Assembly (NCBI GenBank): GCA_047967505.1
Contig: CM106538.1
Reading direction: 5' to 3' (one strand)
DNA from: Dipteris shenzhenensis
Lineage: Eukaryota
Length of the DNA stretch: 64,000 bases
A program made the position numbers and the translations under genes. The first letter of the stretch is position 1. Each line of letters begins with the position of its first letter. This document shows positions 50,651 through 63,586 of the stretch, piece by piece. The notes under the pieces are model-generated. The model was not told where the DNA came from and made no database searches. It worked only from the letters and a program-made list of their open reading frames with translations.

Positions 50651-52562
50651 TCAATGAACATAATATTCAATTGCAAACTTTGTTTCATAGTTTGATTTCT
50701 CTATGGACTTTCCGTCGTCCACCATCAAATGACATTTCTAGTTCCAACGTATTTAACATGCCCCCTTTCTTGTTGTCAATCCAATCCCCTAGATCATGCA
50801 AAGGGAATGGTTGTTACTGTAGATCATTCCTTTTGTGCCCTTGTGGAAACCTTCCCTATCGGCATTGCTTGATAGGGTGCTAGTGGATCGAATCTATTAA
50901 GGAATTCTTGCTAGGGAGGATGGATATTTCATCTAGTGATGTGGTAGTCCCAGCATTGAATTCCATTGTAATTGGCATTGCATAGCATGAATGATTGCAA
51001 TGGCTAGACGTTGTGTGGATGGATTGGAGCTGAATACTTGTGACCTTTCAAAGTTATACAAACAAAAAGAAAAAGATAAACCTAAGGTGTAAGCTTAGTA
51101 GGAAGAAGGTGCTGGTAGCGATGGATGTAAGAGCTTAACTGTGGTGTTAGTGTTAGCGAAGTAGGTACCACTGTATTATCATGATTTTCTCTAAGTTGAA
51201 TCGGATCCATATTGGACTCTTATCAGACTATATATATCTTTAATATGCCATGTTTGGATGTTTGGAGTTGTGCTAGAAATTTTCTCTTGCTTCTCTGCAT
51301 ACTAAGTTCTTTTAAAATCCATTTTATGGATAGCAATTCATTAAGGGATTTTGTTTTATTATTATTTTTTAGCACAATAGGGTTGTGGCACCATTTATAC
51401 TTTATTAAAGTTTATTTGTCTGAATCATCAAATACATAGGAGTCTGACAATACACCATGCAAACTCCTAGAATGAGGACTATGGCTGAAGAGGTTCTTGG
51501 ATTCTAGGAAATTCCTTTAAGTTAAAATTTATATTACATTTGGAGGCTCAAATGGTTGATTGGGTACTAGCATAAAGTAGGAAATTTTTTAAAAATAATA
51601 ATAAGACAAAAAATAAAAGAGGAGGGAGATTTGGAGTTAGCTACAAAGGTTGGGGTTAGTAAATGAAAGGGACAAAAGCTTTGAGGATCACAAGAAACTC
51701 ATCTAAACCCATTTTGATGTCAGAAAACTTCACCCTACAATCAAACTCATCCCTTGGAGCTATTGGTGTACTACCACTTTGTGTTCCATATGTGTAGGAG
51801 TCACTTGGGGCACTAGGATTTAATATGTCTTTGACTTCCTAGACCCTGATGAAGTAATTAGGGTTGGATACCCTTTGTTAGTCACGATTTTCTTTCCATG
51901 GTAGCAACATTTTGTTAAGGTCTCTATGTTCTTGTGGATCTACTCCATTGTTAAGAGTGATTCTTATGGGTCTACTCCTATGGAGTTGGATGGAATTCCA
52001 CCTTGAAGGAGTGGTTTTTGTATTTCCTCATGGGAAAACCCATCAAGGCCTTGAACTATCATTGCCTTTGCCTTTGTGGACAACTATCATTGCCTTTGCC
52101 TTTGTGGACCCTGCAATAGGTTCTTGTGTCACTACTCCATTTTAAGGAGCAGGTTCTTGTGTAACTACTACCAGTGCATTCTTTGTTGTTGGTATTTTTT
52201 GTTCAAGCTTTTAGGGTCTCGACTCAGCCTATTATGTCTATAGAGTGATGAAGTTGCCTTTGAGGCAAACAAGAGAAGGTGGGCTGCTGTGTTGATGAGG
52301 CTAGGGTTCACTTTTGAGTGTTGCCATTGTAATATCCTTGAGCTTGTCACAATTCCTTTCTAATCCCAATTTCTTGTGCCTTTGACACAATTCGTTCTTG
52401 ATCCCAACTTCTTGTGCCTTTGTCAATTACATCCTCTTGCATTTTTCTAATTCATTGTATCAGCGTAATAAAGTGATATATGTTCTTTGTAGCAAATGTG
52501 ATTAGGACCTCAATGTCTTGGAGATTTTCTATTTTTGTTGAGCCCAAGTTGCTTCTAAGAAA

Positions 52563-53600
52563 TACAATGGATGACTTGATAAGAAAATGTGGGAGGCAAG
52601 TTGGTGGCCATAAGGAAGGTACAGTATGCTCCATGATTATAAGAACAATATGATTGGAAGAGCTTTATTCTACCTTTCATACAAAAAGGTGGTGATGCCC
52701 CGATTGGTCATAGCACTCCACACTACTTTTGCTTTTTCTTAAAGGATGAAAAACCAGTGATGCAGTGGCAACACTATTCTAATGATACAACATGGGAACC
52801 CAAAGAACCTTACTATCTCTTAACTTCAATTTCGAGCAAAGAAATGCATCCAGTATGGGCTTCTATAAAATCATTTAACGAGAAATCCAAAGGTCAAATA
52901 GAAGGCTTAAAATCTTTTAGTACATACAAAGAGGAAATGCTTCGTAGATTTCCTAATTGGAAGCCCTCTTGGAAGGAACATATTGCTATTGTAATTAAGA
53001 AGACCTATCAATTGATAAAGGACCTTGAGAAAATTTATAAGGCAAAACGGCCTTTATTTTGGCCAAATGTTGGTAATGACTTGCACCCATCGTTTGATGT
53101 CTTTGTTAATGAGTTTGAATCACTACTTCCACGTCCATATTGTGGACCAAAGAAGAGAGAGTTTATGCCAAAAGTAGACATAGACATCCATTGTTTTGTT
53201 GCAGTTTGACCATTCGACGATGAGCATGAGAATGTTAAGTTCTGGGTTGCAAAAGTGGTGGACGTGAGCATGGATGACCAGGGAAAAGGTGCAACATTTA
53301 CAACACTATGGTATGATCCAAGGAGTAGGAAGGAGAACCAGGATAACAATACACTTTATATTGGTTGTTTGAAAAAGGAATGGATCCCAAACCATGATGC
53401 AATTTCAGAGCTTTCCATGAAGACAGTCATAATATCCTAGAAATCAAGGACAAAGAAAACAAGGAAGCACATGGGGTATGATGTAGAAGAAAAAATAAGA
53501 ATACCGCTACCAATTATTTTGTACATTACGAAGTTTTTGAAGATGCTCGCTAAGGAGGAAGTAGAAGGAGATAGTGCAAATGAAGAATGCCCATGACAAT
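52563..53600 (+). mobile_element. C-terminal half of Sola1-like transposase copy C, catalytic core missing
   Basis: IGHSTPHYF...PVMQWQHYS and LLPRPYCG...FVAV...FWVAKV...LWYDP align with copy B (IGHTNPHYF, PVMQWKHYS, LLPRKYCG, IWVAKV, LWYEP). Confidence 0.8.
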
Positions 53601-54210
53601 ACCATTCAAGCATCAATAAAAACTCGAGATGATGGTCTTCTGACGAGATTGAATGAGGATGGCATCCAAGCAACAAGTGACGATGAATTGGACATTCAAG
53701 CAAGCAAGTGTCAGGATCTCCCATTTGTACTTAACACATCTGTAAAGGCAAAATTGAGTTATTTTAAAAAGACTACAAGTCAGACTCCTTTGTACAAAGA
53801 CTCATTGAGAGCAATATTTCTTGTAAACATATGACAATGTAAAATTGCAAGCATAGCTATTACTATTTTTGGAGCACATTTAAAGAGTCTTCCATGTCTC
53901 TTGTCTATTTAAACCTTTGAATTTTTTGGGACTTCAAGAGTGTTATTGTTTTCTACATCAAAATTTAAGTGCATTCTTTTGGGTTTAGTTATATTAATAA
54001 GTCTTTATTTTGAAAGTGATTTTTCATGGATTTAAATTAATAACTCGTGATTTTTTTTTAATGTGAATAGGATTGCCAAAAACAAGAAGTATAAAAGTAG
54101 GATTTAATTGAATTTTTTGCAATTATTAGTGCACCATTATAGAGACAGATTGTAAAATTTATTATGTGGAAATGATAGTGCCAAAACCTGAACTTTTGAT
54201 TCTTGAATGA

Positions 54211-54680
54211 TATTTTCATGAAGTAAACTTTTCATTTGGGAACAATTTTTGGGATTAGTCCAAAAGTAGACATATGAGTCCAAAATTAATAAAATAAGTG
54301 TTTGGCATCCTTGTGTTTTAGCTCTCTTGAGACTATGCTAAAAACCTAATAGATATCCTCATCTGTGTGTCCAACCAACATAAACCCAACTTCAATCTCA
54401 TTGAAGATTAATCAATGAGCAATTAGCATTGAGCAAAATGCAAAAAAGAGTACATTCTTATTCTCTCGTCCGCAATTGTCTGCCTGTATTCTTAAATTTG
54501 CTGGTAGGTTACCTTTTTTAGCATGTACACTATGAATTGCCTTCATAACGGCGGACGCTACAACTTGATTGCTATTATGTAGATGCAAACACTTATTTCA
54601 TTAATTTTGGACTCATATGTCTACATTTGGACTAATCCTAAAACTCCTTCGCAAATGGAAAGTTTACTTTATGAAAATGT
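54211..54680. repeat. ~100-bp inverted repeat pair (54211-54309 / 54582-54680)
   Basis: GATTAGTCCAAAAGTAGACATATGAGTCCAAAATTAAT pairs with ATTAATTTTGGACTCATATGTCTACATTTGGACTAATC. Confidence 0.9.
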
Positions 54681-55149
54681 TGTTCTAGGGTTTATCGTAT
54701 GGTACCACGTGAGTGTAAGGGAGGGGGGTTATATAAGGGAAGGAAGGTACATTTTATAAGGTAAGGTCCCATAAATAGGGAGTAGATAAGGGAAATTTTC
54801 ATATATTTAATGCACGCAGGTGACGTCTCCTTATTACTACTAGTGAATCTCCCATGGGTGCCCCCATCCAATAACTATAAAAATAATAATAGTAGTCTCC
54901 TAACTCTAGTTCAATTTTAACACTATGAAGTGAAAATATGACACCATATGAAAAGAGTTTATTGAATTCAACATATAAGTGGTATATAGATACACCATTT
55001 TTTTGAAAAAAAAGAGTTTGTTGAATTCAATATATAAGTGGTGTATAGATACACCCTTTTTTTGAAAAACAAAGCATACAATACATTATCTTATTGGTAA
55101 TGTATAGATACACCATTTGTATGGAAAAAAGCATACAAAACATTATCTT

Positions 55150-58100
55150 ATGCATCTAAATCTCGTTCAGAGTCATCAGATTCATGTAATGTATTTGCGC
55201 TTGATGGGTCAAGACTTGCCAAATGATGTTTAATATGGACACGACTTGGATCAGGGATTGTGATACATTTTTCAACATTGTATCCATGCTTCTTTTTAAA
55301 ACTTCGTGTCCTCAATTTAGATAGCAATGAATAATTCTACTGACTTCCACCTCTGTTAATCCCTCATTATTTGGAACTCATTCATGTTTCTTTTGCAAGC
55401 ATCCCTCATAGAGTTGTTTTATTGTATATCTTCTTAGGAGATTTTTCAATGGCTTTGGTTCATACCATAAAGCTATGAATGTTATAGGAGTTCCCTTGTC
55501 ATCCCTTTCTATCTTAGCAACCTTTGCAACCCAAATTGGGACACCTTGGTCATCCAACTCTGAACCTGGGTCAATACCTGGGTCAAATGCCCAAACTGCA
55601 ACAAATAGACCCTCTTCAATCTCATTAGATGGTATAAACTCTGGTAAGGGTTTGTCTCCCTTCCTGCCACAATATTTTCGAGGTAAAAGGCATTCCTCTG
55701 CTTCCTCCATATCTATCAACATATTTATATCCAAAGGAAAACTTGGTGACCTAGCTTGTTCTAGCCAAAAGGATTCACAGTATTCAATGCTCATTAAGTT
55801 TTCTTGTCTTTCTAAAGATTGGATAAGTGCTTCGGTTGATTTAATTGTCTCCAAATTCTTAGTTGATTACTCAGGATATTTCTACATCATACTTTGAATA
55901 TGTTTAATGAAGGCTTTCAAGCCTTTCATTTCGTCTATGTCAAGTGATTTGTTTTTTGCAAGAACAAATCTAGTTTTCTCCAATGGAATCATTTGTTGTA
56001 ATAAAGCATATGACTCACTCCATAAATGATCTCCATCTACTGAGTAGTGCTTCCATTGCATCACTGGAATATTGTTATGCATGTGAAACCGAAAGTAGTG
56101 TGGATTTGTGTGTCCTATTAGGACATCATCTCCTATTTGTAAATGTGGCTCTATGAATGCTCTTCAATCTACCGTCCTCTCTAAGATAGCCACTTCTGAT
56201 TCTTCCTTGCAAGACCCTCCAATTTTTTTCCCAATTTGAAATAGCATATCCTCCATTGTCAAAACATCCATTGACTTCAACTCACTAGAGATAACACTGA
56301 AGATTTAATCTATGTCTTCATGTGTATGGCCGACAAGAAGAAAGCCAACTTCCACTTCTTCAAATATTTTCAAACCAACCAGCATAGAGCATAAAGTAAA
56401 AATAAATTTATTCTTGTTCTCTCTCCAACAATTATCAGCTTTGTATTCGCAATGTGTTAGGTAAACATTCGTAAGCATCTTTGACCTTTCTTATTGCTTT
56501 CATGATTGATGTAACAACCTGGTTACTATCATGGTCATGGAAACTATCAATCCATACATCACAAAAGATTCGGTATCCATGTACTAATACTCCACACAAG
56601 TGTGTTTTTAGTCCATGTTTGCCCTCCAATGCTGGTGGGATACATCTATATCATGGCAAAGGTTGCATTTATAGTGCTTCCATGGCATTTAAGTTTGTAG
56701 GTATTTCCATGAATTGTATGAACCACTTTTTCTTTCACCTCTACCCAGATGGTCCAGTATGTGCCATGTGATAGTCCAGTTAACCATTGATATCCTCGAT
56801 TGCAAATGGGTCTCCCATTAACCATGGGTTTCAATCTAGGTTTACCGTGTCTTGTGCTCAAATCTTAATCACTGCCTTGATCAAGAAAGCATGAAAACTC
56901 TTGAAGAAAATAGTTATATCTATTAGGCGCTGTCTTACTCCAAATACCAAGGCGTATGGCTGCACAATCATCTTTCCCAACTTTTCTAATACAAAGTCTC
57001 TTGCAACAAACTCGCATAAGCATCCTTTCCATATTCTCCTCTCATAACATTACATGTCTCTTTGGTTCTGGAATTGATGCCATGATTCTTCGCCTCTTCA
57101 CACATACTTTCTTTTTGTGAATAGTGTCTTGCATTTTCCAGTTGTAAGACCATCAAACCTCGAATCCATTTCCCTTGAATCTTCATCTCTATAATCAAAT
57201 GCTGTGTGGGTTTGAGAATTATTTGATGCCTTATAATATCTTGGAAATGGCAATTTGGTAAACATGTTCATTGATGTCAATTTGTTGCCAATGCCTCTTG
57301 AATTTTGTGACTGAACTCTTTCTCCTTCGTAACTCAAGATTGTCCCATCTATATTCTCTGGCATGCTAGCAACAATATTACAAACAACATGACAAGTCAC
57401 AGATTCTCTGCCCACTTTGCCCTGCATTTGAGTGGTAACATCATGATCATTGTCACTAATATCATCAATTCGTGTTATTGCATCACTTATCCCATCGATC
57501 TTTGAGTGTATTTTTTTTTGTGGTCCCATATTATTATTCTCAACACAAGACAAGTCTTCTATATCAGTAAGCACGTTTGAGTCACTTGCAACACAGGACA
57601 AGTCTTCTATACTAGTGAGCCTGTTCGAGTCACTTGCAGCACAGGACAAGTCTTCTATACCAGTGAGCCTGTTTGAGTCACTTGCAACATAGGACAAGTC
57701 TTCTATACCAGTGAGCCTATTCGAGTCACTTGCAACACAAGACAAGTCTTCTATACCAGTGAGTATATTTGAGTCACTTGCAACATAAGAGACATTTTCT
57801 ACATCAACATCTGTTACTATAATGTCCTCAGTACCTGTGAGCATGCCACTATGATACTCTTGATCACTACTATAGCTTCCTATCAATTTGGATTCCATTT
57901 GTATTATAGTCCTTTTCTTCTGATAATATTCTGTTGTGTCTTCCATGACATTGAAGGAAACTATCTTGGGCAAACTTGATTTCAAGAAAGCTAACCTTCA
58001 TTTACAAGTACTATGAACTTGTAGATGAGAGTCCGTAGTATTATGGACATCTATATGTGAAGTACTATCCATTGCATTTTGAATGACACCTGCACTAGTC

Positions 58101-58514
58101 AACTTAATTATCTCCACTATACAGAGAAAACTTTGAGCATAGCCCTTAAAGTTACCAATTGCTAAAACTTCTCTGGAGCAAGATAACATCTCTACTTTTT
58201 TCCCCTCAAAATAAATTTTCTTGATATCTTGAAAGTATGTCTTTGGAACAATTTCGTCTTGGTCCCAGAGCATTCTGTGTGCTTGCATATCAAATATGTC
58301 ACATTGTAAGATATCTCCCAATGTTTCAAAGTCTCCATGTGGATATTTTAAATGTACTTTAGGATTTACAACGTTGGTGATTATCACTACACATCTTCTC
58401 TCACCACAACATTGGAAATGACACACATTCATAGGATCAAGACTATGAATTCGTCCAAAAGCCACCGCTTCATTCTTCTTATATAACACCACATCCATAC
58501 CCTAAACTCCTAAA
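55150..58514 (-). mobile_element. Decayed Sola1-like (DUF7869-type) transposase gene, copy B
   Basis: Order: TNP1-like domain (57998-58498), 16-aa repeats, Cys-rich region, ADNCWRENKN (~56439-56410), GFLLVGHTHEDID* (~56346-56305), then the C-terminal IWVAKV...LWYEP domain. The DGMDQ region appears deleted near 56670. The 5' end is cut at 58514. Confidence 0.82.
57540..57790 (-). repeat. 48-bp in-frame coding minisatellite, 5 copies (SDSNRLTGIEDLSCVA)
   Basis: GAGTCACTTGCA occurs at 57579, 57627, 57675, 57723 and 57771. Confidence 0.95.
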
Positions 58515-60767
58515 CATATGCACATGTGCCAAAAGAGCTTCGAAAGAAGCTAGATCCTAAGTCTAGGAAATGCATCTTTCTGGGTTATGGTGAAAGTGGA
58601 GAGATGGGCTATCGTCTCTGGGATCCAGAAGCAAAGAAGATCATACGCAGCCATGATGTGGTCTTCAAAGAAAAGAAGATGCATAAGGCACCCATGAGGG
58701 ATGTGGAAATGAGGAGAATCACTTTCCAGGATGTGAATCCACCTACCTATGTTGATAGACAGCAAGCTGTCCATGCACCAAATGTGCAAGAAATGGTACC
58801 ACCAAGTACTCCCACAGGTATACAATCAAGGGTAGATGATGGATCATCTATTGGTGGAAATGATGAGCCAAATGTGGCTGATATGCAAGTGGGACAGCAA
58901 GCTGAAATGCCCTTGAGAAGATCATCTAGAGTGTCTAGACCGCCTGATAGGTTTGTTCCAGGGGTAGACTATGTGATGCTTACTGATTGCGGGGAGCCTT
59001 CTTGCTATAGAGAGGCTATGATGCGTGAGGATCAACGCAAGTGGGAGTATGCTAGGCAATCAGAGATGAGTTCACTTATGAAGAATAAGACTTGGGACTT
59101 GGTTTCTTTGCCACATGGAAAGAAAGCATTGCCATGTAAATGGGTCTACAAAATGAAGGTCACAGGTGATGATGTGCCTAGGTACAAGGCCCGTTTGGTT
59201 GCTAAAGGGTTCAAGCAAGAGAAGGGTGTGGACTTTGATGAGATATTCTCTTCAGTTGTGAAGATGATCACACTTAGATGCATGCTTGGACTAGTGGCAT
59301 CAGCAAATATGGAGCTTATGCAGATGGATGTCAAGACAGCTCTCTTGCATGGGGATTTGCATGAGGAAATTTACATGGTGCAGCCGAAAGGCTTTGAAGA
59401 AAAGGGCAAAGAGCATTTAGTTTGCAAGCTAAAGAAGAGTCTCTATGGTCTTAAGCAAGCACCTAGAGAATGGTATCAGAAGTTTGATGCTTTCATTCGG
59501 TCCCAGGGTTTTAGAAGGAGTGAAATTGATCACTGCCTCTACACTAAAAGGGCTAAGGATAATAGCCTGATAATCTTGGCACTATATGTGGATGATATGC
59601 TATTGGCTAGCAAGAATACTTATGAGCTAGATGCTTTAAAGGCCAAGTTGCATGAGGCCTTTGATATGAAGGATTTGGGACTTGCAGGTCATATTCTTGG
59701 TATGCGCATCACGCGTGATCGGAGTAGGAAACTCCTTTGGCTTTCACAAAAAGAGTATGTTACAAAAGTATTACAGCGTTTCAATATGGAGGGGGGGAAG
59801 GCAGTGAGTACTCCATTGCCTCCATATGTGAAACTGAGTCATACAGATAGTCCCAAATCAGATGAGGAGAGGGCCATGATGGCCAAGGTTCCTTATGCAT
59901 CAGCAGTTGGGAGTCTTATGTATGCTATGATAGCTACTAGACCAGACATTGCATTTGCAGTGGAAGTTGTTTGCCGGTATATGGCTAATCCAAGAAAGAG
60001 GCATTGGGAGGCAGTTAAGTGCATCATGAGGTACATGAAGGGTACCAAGGAGATGTGCATTTGCTTTGGTAAAGGAGACATGCGTGTACTTGGGTACACA
60101 GATTCAGACTATGCAGGGCATGTGGATAGTAGGAGATCCACTTCCGGTTATGTGTTTACCTTTGCAGGTGGTGCAGTGTCGTGGATGTCTTGCGGACAGA
60201 AGTGCATTGCTTTGTCTACCACAGAGGCTGAGTATGTTGCAGCCACAGAGGGTTGCAAGGAGGCTATATGGCTTGATCGGCTAATGGGAGATTTGGGGAT
60301 TCATACAGGTGTACCGACATTGCATGGTGATTCCATGAGTGCTATTCAGCTAGCATGGAATCCGGTCTTTCATGCAAAGACCAAACACATTGAGGTCAGG
60401 TACCATTTCATCAAGGAGGTACTTGAGGACAAGCGCATAGAGCTTGTCAAGGTTCATACTGATGATAACCCTGCAGATATGCTGACGAAGAGTCTACCTA
60501 GTCAGCGGTTTGAGTATTGTCGTGTATTGATGGGCATTGGATAGTATGCTCACTGGTTGTTCTCCTTAAAGGCACATTGTCCTTTAAGTGGGAGGTTGTG
60601 GGGGTTAAAGATCACTGTGCCTTTACCCCGGTTATGTACAATACTCAAACACATATATAAATGAATGAAAAAGAAGATTAGGGTGGTTCTGCACCCACCA
60701 AAACTTGTGTGGCTCTTTGTTTCTCTCTCTCCCTCTTCCGTTCTTGCTTCCGTTGAGAGCACTCTCA
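58515..60767 (+). mobile_element. 3' half of a Ty1/copia element (integrase C-terminus, RT, RNase H in an open 672-codon frame; PPT; 3' LTR 60597-60767)
   Basis: Motifs KLDPKSRKCIFLGY, LPCKWVYK, QMDVKTA, LYVDD and LSTTEAEY. PPT AAGTGGGAG at 60586-60594. The LTR matches 42234-42359. Confidence 0.97.
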
Positions 60768-60785
60768 TCTCCCACTATCTTCACA

Positions 60786-61295
60786 TTGAGTACTCGTTTG
60801 GCCGTGGCATCTATGGATTACTTATTGCATACTCGTTTGAACATGGCCCAAGGTTCAACATCTTTTAGGTGACAATATTTATGAACACATTTGGCTAATT
60901 GCTTGAGTACTCATTTGGATGTGGCATATGGCTAACTACTTGAGTACTCATCTAGACGTGGTACATGAATTATTACTGACTCCTCATTTGGATGTGACAC
61001 ATATTTACTCGTTTGGACGTGGTACATGGATTATTACTAAGTCCTCATTTGGATGTGACACATATTTATCTGGCTTTCATGATGGACACATATGGATTAC
61101 TTATTGAGTACTCATTTGGACATGGTCATATTGCGTACTCATTTGCACATGGCAAGGTTCAACGTCTTTCAAATGAACACATATGGATTACTTCTTGAGT
61201 ACTCGTTGGGACATGGCACATATGGATTATTTATTAAGTACTCGTTTGGACATGGCACATATGCATTACTGTTGAGTACTTGTTTGGATGTGATC
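60786..61295. repeat. ~38-bp minisatellite
   Basis: TTGAGTACTC(A/G)TTTGGA(C/T)(A/G)TGGCACATATGGATTACTTA is repeated. Confidence 0.9.
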
Positions 61296-61299
61296 ACCA

Positions 61300-62215
61300 T
61301 TTCCGGATGCCCATTTTCTTGGTTACTTGTGGATGTTCTTTGTAATCTCGGATGCTCATCTTCCCGGTTGTTCGGTACTTTCGGATGCGAAGAGGTTGTT
61401 ATTTCATTCCTGCTATCATTATGTAAGCCATGTCTAATCCACACAAGCTTGCCTCTTGTCATACATGCGTGGCTTATTCTTGTTGTATTTTTGGTTGTTC
61501 GGTACTTCCGGCTGCCTAGTTGTTTGGTACTTCTGGAATGTCCAATTGTTCGTATTTCTAGTTGTTCGCTACTTCCAGCTGCCCAATTGTTCGGTACTTT
61601 TTTATTCTCGCTATGATTATGTCAGCTGTGTCTAATCCACACAAGCTTGTCTCTTGTCATATGTGCATGGCTTATTCTCGTTGTATTTTTGGTTGTTCGG
61701 TACTTCCGGCTGCCCAGTTGTTCGGTACTTCTGGGATGCCCAATTGTTCGTATTTCTGGTTGTTTGGTACTTTTGGCTACGTAGTTGTTCGGTACTTCTG
61801 GGATGCTCAATTGTTCGGTACTTTTGGATGTCTGGATGCTCATTGTGTTATTTTTAGTTGTTCGGTACTTTCGGCTGCCCATTAATTGTTCGGTACTTCT
61901 GGGATGCTCAATTGTTGGGTACTTTTGGATGTGCAAATGCTCATTGTGTTTCTAGATTATTGGTTCTTCATTTGCAGGATCATTATGGGCCTTTCTATTG
62001 TGTTGCTATGGCTTTCTTACACTACGCAAGCGACATTTTAGCCCTGGCTTTATGGGACATATCAAATCTGATACTTCAGGATGCCCGAATGCTCGTTGTG
62101 TTTTTGGATTATTGGTTCTTGATTTGTGGGAACTTTATGGGCCTTCCTATTGTGTTGCTACGGATTTCTTACACTACCCAAGAGACATTTCAGCCATGGC
62201 TTTGTGGACATCTCA
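61300..62215. repeat. ~27-bp minisatellite (TTGTTCGGTACTT...) within larger duplicated blocks
   Basis: More than ten GTTCGGTACTT-like units. Block duplications at ~61430/61630 and ~61945/62095. Confidence 0.88.
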
Positions 62216-62795
62216 AATCGCCCCTCCATACTCATCTTTGGAGTGACCGAAGCAATTTCCTCATACTTTCATCCTTGGTACAATAGAAACGGACACTTGA
62301 ATATTTGCTGTGTTCATATACACCACATGAAATCGGTCATTTTATGTGGATTAATTGTGCAAAATATGAAGGCATGATTATAAAGGTTTGAGGAGGTTTG
62401 ACCAGGTCGAACTTGGAGACAACAAGCTCTACTATACAGATGAAGAGCTCAAACATCAAACTTGAAGATCTCAAGCCCTGATTATGCATCATCACTATGT
62501 CAAACAAGTTGAGATTTCCAGGAAGATTTTTCTATTTTTCACACATACTTTGCACTGTATCATGCACCAAACATAGTGCCTATACTTTGCACTATACTAT
62601 GGACAAGTGCTTGTCTTATGTCCTTGTACTATCCACATGCAATTTGCACTGTATCCTCCAGCATTACACTGTATCATTCAAATTCGCATATGGCCATCCT
62701 TTGTATATATATTCTCACATAGATATATATAGTGGCTCAGGTCTTTCCCTTGTACTCCCCAAGGGTTTTTTTATCTGTAGCTAGAGGGCCTAGTT

Positions 62796-62875
62796 TGAGT
62801 GGGGGTGTTAGAGCTATATATAGCTTGCCCTAACTCAACCTAGTCCTCAAAAGTTTATATATGCCTATGATCTAT
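62796..62875 (+). mobile_element. PPT and truncated start of a 3' LTR
   Basis: TGAGTGGGGG is directly followed by TGTTAGAG at 62806. Confidence 0.5.
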
Positions 62876-62883
62876 GAATAGAA

Positions 62884-63586
62884 TCACTTTCTTGGGAGCA
62901 ACTCTTGTGTCGGTCTCTCTCCTCTTTCTCTTCTTCTCAACACAACTCTTGTGTCTGTCTCTCTCCTCTTTCTCTTCCTCTCAACATGGTGGCATGCAAC
63001 TATTTCATCCACAATCATTTCTGCACTTGCGGCTATCTGACCACCCAAAATGGCTACCACCCTTTCCACTCCCGGACCATTGCACTTCCCAATCTGTCTT
63101 TGAGGGTCGCCTAGGAAATGTTTGCGCATTCGAGTTCCTGAACCTGTGTACTCTTCATGGCAGATCTTACATCTCCACATTTGTGGTAGTTATGAGCGTA
63201 ACTTAGTCGCGGGCTTTTGCACGGTTTCGGCCTCGTTTCTCTAGAGCCATCACAACAAGACAAAGCACCTACAGACGTGCACACAGACGCGTTTATTGAA
63301 CTAAAAAAAAACTTATGGGCGCATCTATTTGCACATCTAGAGACCCGCATCTAACGATGCATCTATATAGCAGACAGACACGCATATAGACACGTAAATA
63401 GATACTCTGCTATAAATTTTAAAAAATAGACAGATGCATCGTGAAACGCGTGTATAGACGCATTTATAAACGGTCTTATAGACGTGCAAATAGACGCTCC
63501 TCGAACAAACAGACGCGTATATAGACGCATTTATAGATGGTTTGATAGACGCACTACATAATATTTTTTAAATTTACAGAATGCTG
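62884..63586 (-). mobile_element. 5' end of a hAT element (BED-finger fragment, subterminal TAGACG repeats, possible CAG terminus at 63586)
   Basis: WRCKICHEEYTGSGTRMRKHFLGDPQRQIGKC. Clustered (T)AGACG(C) motifs at 63270-63555. The terminus is tentative. Confidence 0.7.

Noticed and set aside
51700-52520. Possible coiled-coil or retroelement ORF remnant on minus
   Set aside because: Multiple stops and no diagnostic motif. Left unassigned.
54820-54844. Possible Helitron 3' end (CTAGT)
   Set aside because: No convincing GC hairpin at the expected distance, no matching 5' TC end and no Rep/helicase sequence.
60786-61960. Short regularly spaced repeats resembling a CRISPR array
   Set aside because: The units are contiguous and degenerate with no unique spacers, there are no cas genes, and the context is eukaryotic. 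They are minisatellites.
61092-62377. Several 100-170-aa hydrophobic ORFs
   Set aside because: They are by-products of stop-poor minisatellites read in multiple overlapping frames.
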